DNA of 64,000 nt, taken from positions 91,424 to 155,423 of the forward strand of contig RDEW01000007.1 in NCBI GenBank assembly GCA_011109175.1, given 5' to 3'. The translations under genes were made by a program, and so were the position numbers. The stretch is from Dicyema japonicum (taxonomy: Eukaryota > Animalia > Dicyemida). The notes below the pieces were generated by a model. That model was given only the letters and a program-made list of their open reading frames with translations. It ran no database searches and was not told the origin of the DNA. Positions 1 to 11,660 of this stretch are shown in pieces (position 1 is the stretch's first letter; each line of letters opens with the position of its first letter).

Positions 1-500
1 GTGGTTTTATAGAAGTAGAATCCCCGGAGAACTGGACAGTGGAGGAACTGAGGAGTCTGGAGAATTTTTTTATGTCGCGTGTTTTGTGTTACCCATATTC
101 CCACCAGCTTCTGGTCTCTTATTTCCGTATATTCGGTGCGAGTCGGGGAATGATGAGGGACCTAGTGACCCTGATCCATGAAGAGAAGTCTCTCGGTCAG
201 GGACCGTGGGAGTTTAGGATGTTGCTGGTGTTTCCCTATACGCCGAACCATGCGGGCTACCTAGTGCATTCATCGGCTGTGTTTATACGGCCAAAGTCAT
301 TTTTCCTGGTAGAATTGTGGGTGACCGTAGTTCCAACTGAGAATGGTAGGGGGAAGTGGGAAATCTGTGACGATACCGATTTGCTATGATATAGAGCAGA
401 ACTGTGTCAGTATTAGTGAGCATAGTTCTCTTCCGAATTGTGCATATTTGAAGCAGTATTTGCCACAGAGGAATGAGGTCGTGGGACCCTTCGCCAAATG
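1..500 (-). mobile_element. Degenerate 5' part of an APE-type (probably Ingi-like) LINE
   Basis: Minus strand reads ...PLPPTILSWNYG..FYQE.., resembling the APE N-terminus (ILSWN...QE). It contains many stops and is cut by the window edge. Confidence 0.3.
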
Positions 501-639
501 CTTGTTGTATGATTATGTGGCACTTATTGTTCGTAATTTCTGTAGAGATAACACTTAATTTTGTGACTATTTTATTCTGTTAAGATTTTGAATAATTTAT
601 TATTCCTTATTTTCAAAACTTTTAGTAAATTTATGTAGT

Positions 640-770
640 TCGCTTTTTGTCACAACGAACAATGGAGACGCACAGGCTTTGGGTGGCACGTTCGGTTGCG
701 GAAACTGGGATCACTTAAGTTGACATTTCTTGTATCTTTCTTTTTCGGTGATTTTGGGGATAAAAATAAT
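640..770 (+). mobile_element. 3'-terminal fragment of an Ingi-like LINE (GIT-stop type)
   Basis: Reads VAETGIT* (GGGATCAC at 707-714), then a U-rich UTR, GGTGATTTT-GGGG and an A-rich tail, as in the longer copies in this window. Confidence 0.6.
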
Positions 771-1157
771 TCACAGCTCTAGTTTTCCTTGTGCAAGTGT
801 TATACAATACTCGAACTCTTAAAAATCTACTGATTTGTAACAACTGATGGGCAGTTGTTTGGAAATTTATGGGGAATATAAGCCATTTATAAGTAAATTT
901 TGTTTATTAATAATAAACTTAGGGAACTTATGCAACTTTTCTCTAGATCACTGTTACTTCACATTATGAGTTTTTATTCTTGCTGAGACTTTGAGGCTTT
1001 TAATTTAACATGGACATTTCGATAAGTGTGAAATCCCCAAGAATTATGTAGAAGATCTCTTGGTGCTTTACTAACAGAGGCACCATCACTCATAGTGATC
1101 ACTAGGGCGATTTTTTTGACTTTATAAATACGAAATTTTGACCTAATTGACTTTATT

Positions 1158-1413
1158 TTTTTAAATTAAAATTTTTTTTAACAATTAAACAAATGTCAGT
1201 TGAGGAAGCCTGCTGCGTGGATTGCGAACGAGTTCCCTCGGAGTATGGCTATTCCAATCTTTCGTCTCAGCCATAACCCTTCTCGTTGATCCCTTTTCTT
1301 TCTGGCAAGCAATCCTCCGAGTTCTCGCAAGAACTCAGCCGTCATTGGACCAACGGCTCCCGATGATTCGGTCGCAACAGGAGTAAATCGGTAGCGATCC
1401 CCGAGGCAAGAAT
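1158..1413 (-). mobile_element. 5'-truncated CRE-like RLE retrotransposon, 3' end
   Basis: Highly similar to 53930-54160. Encodes [12 protein letters not shown]...IAILRGNS. Flanked by a 12-bp direct repeat attgactttatt (1146-1157, 1414-1425). Confidence 0.85.
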
Positions 1414-1435
1414 ATTGACTTTATTGACTTTAAAA

Positions 1436-1929
1436 TTTTTTTTATTAAGCTAACAATCATTTTTATTAAACAATAGAAGTCAGGAAGTCGCCGCCCTCAC
1501 TGCGTGGCTGTTCCCTCTCAAAATTGCGAGCGAAATTCGCTCAAATAGCCAGCGGCGTTCACGGAGATCTCCAGTGCATGAGGTGATCCGGTTTCCAAGA
1601 CGTCCGAAAAACTCGAGTGTAGAGGGGGAGTAAGATCCGGAAGTCTCCATAGCAAGGGGAACAAATTTTACATCATCAGGAAGGTCGACGTATTTAACGA
1701 GTTTGGCCTTCTCCGCCTTTACGGATGCTGAACAGGCCCTTGTAGCACTCTCGTGAAGATTTTTCTGGGCGAACGTGTCTGTACATGTCACATCCCAAAC
1801 CAGTGGTTTCCCGGCCTCAAATAGAAATATGGTCATCCCGTCCGGTCGTTTCCCGTCACTTCTGCATAACCCGACCGGTTCAAGAATGGCCGAGTATCCA
1901 GCAGCATCCATAGCTCGCCTGACAATTTC
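1436..1929 (-). mobile_element. 5'-truncated CRE-like retrotransposon, restriction-like endonuclease region
   Basis: ORF 1480-1911 has LEPVGLCRSDGKRPDG...WDVTCTDT...PLAMETSG...ERISLAILRGN. Flanked by a 9-bp direct repeat actttaaaa (1427-1435, 1930-1938). Confidence 0.85.
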
Positions 1930-2039
1930 ACTTTAAAAATTCAAAATTTTGACCTTGACTTTATGAAAAATTTATCTAGAAAAAAATTTTTTTAATATGA
2001 AAAAAACTGATCAAACTTTATTAAACTATAAAATAATGC

Positions 2040-2990
2040 AATTAAAAACGTTTTCAAGTTAAAAAATTTCGGACTTTAGGTAATAAATGAAAATCTTTTC
2101 TGAATAGATAATGAAAGGATATTATTCAAATAGCGTATATGCATGGAGAAATATGCTGTTATCCATTTTAATAGAAAAAAAATTTATTAACAGAAAATCT
2201 AGATTCCAGATACTTCTTAATTCTTTGTAAAATGTTACTGAAATAGAATTTTTGAATATGCTAGCTGCGTCTTCTACTGTGAAGTAAGTTTTCCCTGTCA
2301 TCTTTATCGATTTATAAACTAATATTGGCATAATACAGCAGATAAATTGCTCCCTAGTCTATTTTAATAGATTACTTTCAAACATCTTTTATTAAAATTC
2401 CATTTCCATCAAAATTATAGTTTTTTACTTCAATAAAATTTTTACAATAATATTCAACAATTTCCCCTTCTGTCCAGAATTATTTTGGGTAGACAACCAG
2501 TTTCTGACAACCAGTTTCAATAAAATTTTCTGTTTTTTGTGTATTCACAGAAATTTATACAATTTCGTAAATAAACCAATTTTTTCCAACTCTATAATAA
2601 ATGAATGTAAAAACTCAAAAATAGCTTCGGTCAAGTTACCTTTGGCATAAATTTTTACACATTTTCATAGAAGGAAGTAAAACGATACTCAAACAAGTTT
2701 TGCAAATTTATGCAATGAAAATCATATTCGACTAAGCATTAGTGACCTCATGATCCTAGAGTCGGTGAATGAAATGAGAAAATCAGATATTTTTACGGTA
2801 GCACCTGTGAAATAGTAATAAAATGATAGACCTCTTAGTTTGAAATGTTTATTAGACAAAATATTCAATAAAAAGCTGTTGTTAGAAAATTCGTGAGTTG
2901 ATAGAAAATTCACCAGGATATTTTCTAATAACAGTCTTACATTTTCAATGACCTTCCTGATTGAATTCGGCATAGCAGTCGATGTTTTTA
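2040..2990 (-). other. Unidentified AT-rich coding-like remnant
   Basis: ORF pieces 2722-2973 and 2122-2331 plus open stretches between them. No motif recognised. Confidence 0.25.
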
Positions 2991-3054
2991 TTCAAAAACA
3001 CGTTAGTATTTTATTTGAAAACTCTAAAAATTAATAAATAAAAAATAAAATTCA

Positions 3055-3180
3055 ATAAAAAATTTTGACTTTATAGATTTAAAAAATTAAATTTTGACTT
3101 TATAGACCTAAAAAATTAAATTTTGACTTTTTGACATACCCAAAATTTGACTTTTTTTGACTTTATAACTTTTGATTTAT
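3055..3180. repeat. Degenerate ~29-bp tandem repeat with TTGACTTT core
   Basis: aaattttgactttatagaYYtaaaaaatt twice plus decayed units. The same core is clustered at 1115-1157, 1414-1435 and 1945-1965. Confidence 0.7.
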
Positions 3181-3289
3181 ATATTATTTTTGATTAAAAA
3201 TCACATTTTTATAAGTTTTAAACAATTTTAAAAGAACATATAAATTCTTGATTTTTGAAAAAATCGCTCTACTGAACATAAACTGCTTG

Positions 3290-3955
3290 TTGCACGTTTC
3301 AGAATGAAAAAATATTTCGGAATAGATGGAGCTAGAAAGAAGAGAGCTTATCGTTTTATTGTGGCAAAAATTATGTTTATGTGAGAGGACGTGTGAAGAT
3401 TATTGTATGGCAATTAAGAAGAAGATTGTGAACATAAATATGGAAAATCCCCCAGCGATGATTTGAAATGCTACTGTTAAGGGAATAAAGAAGGCAAGTT
3501 TCGACGTGCTTGGGAAAACAGGCCGGCAGGATTTTAAGGGGTCTTCAAAATTTCGAATCANGCAAAAATTATGTTTATGTGAGAGGACGTGTGAAGATTA
3601 TTGTATGGCAATTAAGAAGAAGATTGTGAACATAAATATGGACAATCCCCCAGCGATGATTTGAAATGCTACTGTTGAGGGAATAAAGAAGGCAAGTTTC
3701 GACGTGCTTGGGGAAAACAGGCCGGCAGGATTTAAAGGGGTCTTCAAAATTTCGAATCACTGAATAGAACCATTATTAATTAAACAAAAAAATGCGGCTA
3801 AGAATGGAATCGTGTTCAAATAATGATACTTACAACGAGTTAAGAAGAGAAAGAAATCGTATTATCAGGGAAACTAGAAGGAGGAAGGAAATTTATGTAC
3901 GAACATGTCATTGAGAAGTTGGGATACGGAACGCAAATGTTTCGTGCTGTTCGCC
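3290..3955 (+). mobile_element. Degenerate RTE-like LINE fragment (end of APE and linker)
   Basis: KLLVARFR near 3280-3305. QMFRAVR near 3935-3957 matches NAQMFAAVR in ORF 16660-18324. Confidence 0.55.
3364..3759. other. ~197-bp duplication across a single N (probable contig-join artefact)
   Basis: 3364-3560 and 3562-3759 are near-identical and separated only by the N at 3561. Confidence 0.85.
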
Positions 3956-4329
3956 TTTTTTCTAACCAGCCTTCTTTACTATGCTCATATTCTCTTGTAA
4001 TCGTATTTATAAGGCTTTTGACTGTTTATCATTTTTTTTACTTCATATATTGGATAATTCGAGGATAATTCATCTATGGGATTTCCTTAGAATACAGATA
4101 AACAACGAGACTGAGATAAACTGTGATTTTCCACGACTATTGAAGTTAAAACCAGAACTTGACCAGCACCATCTGCCATGCTTATTCATCGACAAACGAA
4201 AATGGTGGTTGGTTTGGAGTTTTCCAATGTATCTCTTGGTTATGCTATTGGACGATGACTCCACGATAATATGGGTCAGTGTCCGCTCGGAATAGATTTC
4301 CTATGCATGTGCCTCATGGAGACATTACA

Positions 4330-4600
4330 TCTCTTGGACTAATTTTCAAAAAATTTCGGCTACACAAAAAAGGCTTTTTGAGTGACAGAGAATTGGTCTG
4401 CGAACAAAAAGAACATGATGGTGACCCCATTAGAAATCCTAATAAGAAGGAATAACGGAAGGGGCGTGAGACAACTCGACCCCAACGAGTTTGTGTATGA
4501 TCGAGGGAGGAGCACCGATCCAAGTCGGTTCCCGAAGGAAAACACCAGATTGAGGTAGCTACAAAAAGAGGCCAGGATCATTTGATGACCCTCCATAATA
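4330..4600 (-). mobile_element. Possible LINE C-terminal zinc-finger remnant
   Basis: Frame reading YSFLLGFLMGSPSCSFCSQTNSLSLK..LC resembles the I/Ingi-group C-terminal CxxC domain. Weak. Confidence 0.3.
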
Positions 4601-5297
4601 ACTAGTTAATATTCTGGTGATTTATGGATTAATAATAATTTTGATTGAAACAATCTTTATTTCAATAAAAATAGTAGCCTTGAGCTATTAATCTGTTTTT
4701 TATCATTTTTGATACTTTGTCTGAATTTGTGTACGAATCACTATTTTCATTTAATGGGGAAGATGTGGAGACTATAAGTAAATACTATTTGCCTTTGATG
4801 TGTTTGAATATTTTTTTAAGAAAAACTTTAAAGGAAATCTGTCCTTGAGGAATCAGATAAGATTTTTAACCGCTATCAAAAAGTGATCTTTCACATTGGA
4901 TTATTAGTCCTGATTAAATTTATTTAAAACTAAAATATCTCCCCTTTCTAAAGACAGGGAACCTCCGAAACTAGAAAAATGTATTTTCCTCTCCAGACAA
5001 CAGTTTCCGACTATTTAGTACGTTTGTCAAATTTTGTCAGTTTAATTGTATGGCGTTTCCGTTATCAGATTTTGTTTCACGGAAAAGATTATAATGTCCA
5101 ATGATTGACATTATTGTGAGAATTATATATTTGTTAGTTCTTATCAGAAATTTTAATTTTTACCAAAATTAAGTCGGTTTTGTGACAATCGAATGTCATG
5201 TAAAATTTTCCTTTGATTTTAACTTTGAAAAATTATAATTATCTACTAATGAAGGTCATAAAATATGCTAAATGACGCCCTGTCCAACGATTATAGA

Positions 5298-5905
5298 ATG
5301 AATTTTAATATTCGTACACTAAACAATATATTCCCTCAGAAAAAGAATTTATCTATTCAAAATGCACTGGTTTTGTTAAAATTGTGATTCATAGACTTTG
5401 AAGGATCAGTTTGAATTTCCTGGTCTTTCCCAAGTCTTGAATGATTCCAGAATGTGCGAGCTATTCACAAAGTTCTCAATAACAGAGTTCAGTGATGAGA
5501 ATGTCGAGTTTTGGAAGAAAGTGAATACTTACAGGAAAATTAGTGATCACAACAAAGTATCCATTTATCTTAGATTAGAGACGCAATGAAGCTCAGAATA
5601 TTTATAAAATATTTTTTACCAAGAATCAAATTTTACTATCAACATTTGTCCAGAGACTAAAAATGAAGTTGTCCACGTGCTTAATAATCCAACAATCAAT
5701 ATCTTTGACAAAGCACAGAAGGAGGTTGCATTTGTCTCAAAATTAGATTTTTAATATTATGGATAATGATACTTTTATGCGATTTCAACAGTCCAAGTAC
5801 AGGTCCAGGATTATGAATATTCAAAAAAATAAAAATAAATTTATCAATAAAGCACGTTTAGTGAGAAATTCATTTCTGAGTTATTTGGTTTCTTGTATAG
5901 TTTGA
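5298..5905 (+). CDS. RGS-domain protein (regulator of G-protein signalling), 4 exons
   Basis: Spliced reading ...LFTKFSITEFSDENVEFWKKV...EAQNIYKIF..NI...NPTINIFDKAQKEIFNIMDNDTFMRF is an RGS box. GT-AG introns at 5370-5394, 5557-5578 and 5725-5746. One 1-bp indel in the T-run at 5612-5617. Confidence 0.85.
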
Positions 5906-6364
5906 AGGGACATGTTTAAAATATAAATTATTACAATATTTCCTTGAGTTTTGACCAAGATTTTCTGGTAAAATCAAATTAGGTAATTTGCGATGATTAT
6001 TAATGCGAATTTTAAATTTCAAAGTGGAATATTTTAAAATCAATGAGATTGATTTTAAAATAATTAAAGGTCATAAAAAACCTTTAATTTTTATGACAGC
6101 CATATTATATGCATTTAAGTGCCTTTGCTTTTTATGACTCGACATGGAATGAAGTCACCCTTAAGAAGTTATCAATAAAAGCTATAAGGACAAATTCACG
6201 TGTTGGGAGTATGGTGATTGAACAGACATGGAAACTATCTGGTGGAACTGACTTGTGGTAGCTCCAAGGACATTCCGTGCGAATCAAATGTTGAAGGATG
6301 AGTTGACACTTAATTTTTCTAAAAGGATAAGGTGATTTTATTATACGATCATTAACCTTCCAAC

Positions 6365-7626
6365 AGTGCAGGGCCAGACAACATAATCCCTGAGCTTTTA
6401 AGATATGGGCCAAAAAAACTTAGCGGAATAATTGCAAAAACCCTGAATGACATCTTTGAAACCAACACCGATCTAGGACTTGGAAATGGATTATTAATAC
6501 CCATACAAAAACCGAACAAAGCAAAAGGACCAGTAGAAAATCTCCGCCCGATCATACTTCTAAACTCGATACGCAAGGTGCTGGAAAACATTGCACTGAG
6601 CCGGATAAAAAGTGTGGCGGATCTATTCCTATCAGCAAGTCAAAGTGGGTTCCGAGAAGGGAGGTCTACGGCAGACATTGTATGGAGCCATAGATGGCGC
6701 TGCGGAGTGCACCAAAGATTCAAGAGCGCAACGACCGTGTTGGAAATAGATCTCTCCAGAGCTTTCGACTCAATAAACAGACAGAAACTGATGAATGTGC
6801 TTGAGCAAATATTGGATGAATCGTCGGTTAGGAAAATCAGACTACTACTTGCGAATACAATACTATCTGTGAGGACAGAAGGAGCAACTTCCCGCAGTTT
6901 CAAAACAACAATTGGGACACCCCAGAGTGATTCCTTTCGTATCACGGGACGCGTCCGCACTCCAACACCTACTAGAAAATGCACCTGCGGAGCTTGAGAA
7001 ATGGTTTCTCAGCGTAAATGTAAACAAAACTGAAATTACTGAAATCAAAAGAGAAGACGATATTACTCATGAAAGATGGAGATGTACTAACAAGCTGGGC
7101 TCTCAACTAGGAGACGCTGAAGACGTACTAAGGAGGAAAACACTGGCAAATGCGGCAATGGCTAAACTGAGGAAAGGATGGCTAAGAGCCAAAGGACTTG
7201 GAATTGACATCAGATGCAGGTTTTATAACGCCTTTGTGAAACCGATCCTACTATACAACCCTGGGACCTGGGGAAATTCCTTCAACGAACTAACGAAACT
7301 GGATTCATTCCATAGAAGGCAATTAAGAAGCTTACTCCGAATGGAGTTGTGAACCCGGATGCACTCGCTAACAAAGCGATGGAAGATTACTTTGACAGTT
7401 GCCACAAACCCTTCCATGGACGACCAAGCACAACACTGCCGATTATCTTAAACAAAGATGTAAACCAGGTAAAGAAAAAGCTCAAAACGGGGGACGACCT
7501 AGACGAATTAAGATCGCTTGCAATCGACAGGGGAAAATGGAAGAGATTAACGCTAAATATTGTTTTGAGTGTTGCACATGCGGGGGTATAAACAGTATGG
7601 TTTTCGTGAAGGTACCTTAATAATAA
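6365..7626 (+). mobile_element. 5'-truncated RTE-like LINE
   Basis: AGPDNI..PIQKP..LRPIILLN, QSGFREGRST, DLSRAFDSI, GTPQ.D, FHRRQLR, GRP motifs and a (TAA)n tail. 12-bp TSD taacYttccaac with 1 mismatch (6353-6364, 7627-7638). Confidence 0.9.
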
Positions 7627-7916
7627 TAACTTTCCAACTATATATTCATAACCGATTATCATGTCCATCAATATTCTGAGTTAGAAACTATCAAACTAAG
7701 CGGTTCCATCTTCCACAATCCTGCTCAAACTCTATAAGTCGTCTTAATGTTCTCCATATTTAATTTATCCCAAGTAGAGTGACTCATGGCATCCACATAA
7801 ACGTGATCCAGTCTCAACGAAATACTCCTATAGATAATATATTGTCACAAAATTGTCTGGTTATTTAATTGGATATAAAAAATGAAATTATAAAAGGACT
7901 GTTTAAATTCTAAATA

Positions 7917-9812
7917 CAGTCGAACCCCGCCCCAATAAAACCCGCCTTGGGGCACCCTCGCTTTTTGGGGCGATTTTATTTTCTAGTACATTTTCCATTA
8001 ATAATTTCCAAATTTGGAAATTATTAAAACCCCAGTATGGGGCACTTTACTAATTTATTTTAATATTTTATTACATAATATTATTTTGAATAATATTATT
8101 TTTGAACACGTGATAATTGTTTTTGAGTAATGCCTTCCAAAATTTCTATTGAAACAAAAATTAAAATTGCAAAGTGTCTACAAACTTTTTCTGAAAGAGA
8201 AGTTGCAAAAAAATTCAAGATAAGCAAAGGCACTATTTCCCGAATCAAAAAAAAAATTTCTTCTTTCATTAATACCGGATCAGTCATTTCAAGATTAGTT
8301 CAAATAGATGAAGTTAAACCAGTTTCTAATGAAGTCAATCAATTTGAAAAACTTGACGAATTAACTTTTAATGCTTTTCGTCGTTTGAGGGATGATTCCT
8401 TTTCTATTTCGGGTACTTTAATCAAAGCCATCGCGAAAAAAATATCGACAAAATTGAATTATTCAACATCTTTTAAAGCCTCAAACGGTTGGTTAGACAG
8501 ATTTAAAAAGAGACATGATCTGGTTTTTAAAGCCATTTGTGGTGAAAAAAATTCAGCAGATAAAAGTAATTTGGCAAATTTTTTCTTTCAATTCGATAAT
8601 TTGTTGAAAACTTATGGTCATGAAAATATTTTTAACTGTGATGAAACATCATTGTATGTTAAAAAATTTCCTTCAAGATCTTATGTCGAATCTATAGAAA
8701 CATGTCATGGTACAAAATTCAGTAAAGAAAGAGTAACAGTTCTCCTTTGCTGTAATGCAGTAGAAAATAAATTAAGACCCCTTGTTATTGGAAAATACAA
8801 ATCACCACGTTGTATGAAAAGTTTGCTTAATTATATTTTAACATAGATTTTGATTGTGAAAAATTCGGTATTTTATATGCAGCGTCAAAAAATTCCTGGA
8901 TGAATAGAGAAATTTTCAAAATGTGGCTTTCAAAGATTAACGACGACTTTCTCTCACAAGATAGAAAAATACTTTTAATAATGCTACATGCCATTATTTA
9001 TTGGAATACTCAAATTTTAAATTGTTTTTTCTTCCGAAAAACACAACATCTTTGATTCAACCTTTAGACATGGGTATAATAAAGTGTTTTAAAGTACATA
9101 AACTTCCTAATGGATTTTATGATCAATTTGGAAGAAGATACAACAATTAATCTTAAATCTTTGAAAAATATAGATATGCGACAGATTATGGTACTTGTTA
9201 AAAAAGCGTGGATGGAAGTTAAAGAAGCAACAATAATTAATTGTTGGAAGAAAATTGAGGAAAATAGAGAAGAATCAGTTGAAGATAAAAATTGTGGGGA
9301 AGAACTCCTGGAAGAAATAGTATCTGAAGTAATATTGAAGAAAACGAAGATCTAGTCAAGAGTTGCGAGTTTTATAATGGAGTTGACAGAGGACAAAACA
9401 ACGATATCAGAAACTTATGAAATGATGGATAAGTTAGAACATGTAACTCAAAATACATCTTTTGAGACATTACAAAAATATTATGAGTTTAGATTCAACT
9501 TGGAAAAGATCTAAGAAATAAAAAAAATTTGAAATTGACTGATTATTTCAAAAAAATGCTTTAAAAATAATGATTTGTTAATTAATAAAAATCGAATAAA
9601 AAACATAGAATAAAAATCTATCAAACTATAGAGCAAAAAATCACAACTTATTTTATAAACACTTTGGAAGAAGTGAAGAAGTTCCTTTTTCGCAAAGTAA
9701 ACAAAAATTTAAGTTAAATCAACCATAAATCAATAGTTTGAACCAAACCCCGGTTTTGGAGGGCAACCCCGCTTTTTGGGGCACTTTGATGCCCCACCCC
9801 GGGGTTCGACTG
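7917..9812 (+). mobile_element. pogo/Tigger DNA transposon with both ends
   Basis: Perfect 13-bp TIRs cagtcgaaccccg / cggggttcgactg, with TA on both sides. Contains the transposase ORF. Confidence 0.95.
8130..8846 (+). CDS. Tigger transposase N-terminal part (psq-HTH, CENP-B HTH, start of DDE_1); continues disrupted to about 9500
   Basis: FKASNGWLDRFKKRH, IFNCDETSL, KERVTVLLCCNA, LVIGKYKSPRC. Downstream SWMNRE and QPLDMGII. Confidence 0.9.
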   Translation: MPSKISIETKIKIAKCLQTFSEREVAKKFKISKGTISRIKKKISSFINTGSVISRLVQIDEVKPVSNEVNQFEKLDELTFNAFRRLRDDSFSISGTLIKAIAKKISTKLNYSTSFKASNGWLDRFKKRHDLVFKAICGEKNSADKSNLANFFFQFDNLLKTYGHENIFNCDETSLYVKKFPSRSYVESIETCHGTKFSKERVTVLLCCNAVENKLRPLVIGKYKSPRCMKSLLNYILT

Positions 9813-10141
9813 TATAATGAAAGAAATTCTCTAATTTACCAAAATCCAGAAAAATTATTAAGTTTAAATTCCCGTGTTAGAAGAGGTATAAATCATGATT
9901 TTTATATTAGTGCTAACATGATATCTTGGGGATCAACCACGTGGGAAGGTCCCCAAATTAAAAGAAATCGAAAATATGATTTTTATATTGATGCTAAAAT
10001 GAATTGAGAATCTATACTGCGTTAAGGATTATATTAGAAGATCACCTAGTACTTAAAATAGCTTCTGCAATTTTGATCGGAGTAGATGAGCATGTGACAT
10101 TAAGGATACGGCTCGGGTTTTTTTAATTGCCAAAAAACAAA

Positions 10142-10700
10142 AAATTGGCTCTCTGGCTTAAAAGGCTGCCGACCTCTGGTATATGGCATGATGTGTTGTT
10201 GAAGCAGCTTGTATGTGTTCAGAAACACCTATTTGTTTGGATAAGAAATTATCTTCAGGGAAGACAATCCTTTGTAAAGATGTGGGGGATTATATGCAAT
10301 ATCATTCAAGAGAGGAGTTCTATTAGGTTGAGTCTATTAATATTTTCATGCAAAGTTTTCCGCGTTGGAACAATATTAATGACGTAATTCTTATGGACAT
10401 ATCCCTCAATTCTTATATGTCTGAAAGAAGAATCGGGGAGTAAGTGTACCAGATTGAACAATGGAGTAGCACGAGAAGGTTAAAGCTCTCTATTGAAAAA
10501 TCGTGTGCACTCCGAATTAGCAGGAGGAATCACCTGAATATACACTCGAAATAAAAAATACGCATCGTTTACGATATTTGGGGGTCAATGTGGGATATCA
10601 TATGGACGACATAAAAGAGAGGCGAAGGACTGCATTTCGGTCTCTCCTTTGTACAGGAAAACAACACGTTAGCCGTTATACATTCTTGTTTATCTTGAGA
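10142..10700 (+). mobile_element. Degenerate CR1/L2-like LINE RT fragment
   Basis: HDVLLKQL..WIRNYLQGRQ..V and later RLKLSIEKS-like stretches. Heavily mutated. Confidence 0.55.
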
Positions 10701-11188
10701 GGGGTTATACTCCTTAGCATACTGTATGGATGCGAGAAATGATCCTTCTCTCCTAAGGGGAAGATCTGAATATTAACTTCAAATATAGTTTGCAGCTAAA
10801 TTTGAAGAACTAAGATGTTAAATCTCTTAATTTAAATTATTAATCGTGGATATGGAGTTCAGTGTGTTCGCAGCTCAGTTCAAATCTCTAATTTCCTATT
10901 CAGGTGAATTATTAGTTATCCTCTATTCTCACTAGTCTGTGATTTTATTTAAGTTAATGAAAATGGCAAGAACTTAATCCACCCAATTATATGTTATGTA
11001 GACATAGAATATAATGGGAAAGTGACGTCATTAATTTCCATCCAATAAATTACTAAGCCATAAAAGTTTACAAGATGGAAGTTTCATATGGTTGGTTGTA
11101 AACTCACTAGATTTCTGATCGTTTCAATAGGATAATTTTTAGTGCCAAAAAACAAATGATTAATATTAACCCCACATGCTAAGCGGTG

Positions 11189-11519
11189 AAAATAACATGT
11201 TATTTTATCGAGATGGCGACTATTTGGACATATCCTCAGACTGGACCCGACTACGCCATGTAACAGAATAATGGAAGAATATTTCTACTACGCCGGAAGT
11301 CGCGGATTTCGAGGCAGACCAAGAAACACACTTCCAACCTGCTTAAAAAATGACTACGAACAAAATAGTCGTAAATTGGTGACAGCGGACGATCTGGATG
11401 ATGTTCGAATGAGGGCCAGAAACAAGATGGCGTGGGCGAGGATGGCGAGGAGGATGGCTGCAAAACATGGCTCAAGCGAACCCCTTTTAGGGCCACGCGA
11501 AAGAGCTCTTAACTAACTA
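11189..11519 (+). mobile_element. 5'-truncated RTE-like LINE, 3' end
   Basis: WRLFGHILRL..FRGRPRNTLP..DDL..W, with an (AACT)n tail. Exact 13-bp TSD atgctaagcggtg (11176-11188, 11520-11532). Confidence 0.85.
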
Positions 11520-11660
11520 ATGCTAAGCGGTGGCCTTGTCACTAAGCCAGTCTCAAGTTTATCACCTTTAATCTAGTAACCAAGTTAATAAATATTTTAT
11601 TAATAATCGAAAGAATGATTCTATATTAGTCTCATTAGAATTAAATATTAACTACTAACT

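Noticed and set aside
3055-3180. TTGACTTT repeats as a CRISPR array
   Set aside because: There are no unique spacers, the units are degenerate and the context is eukaryotic.
3364-3759. Apparent 197-bp tandem duplication
   Set aside because: The copies meet exactly at a single N, typical of overlapping contig ends.
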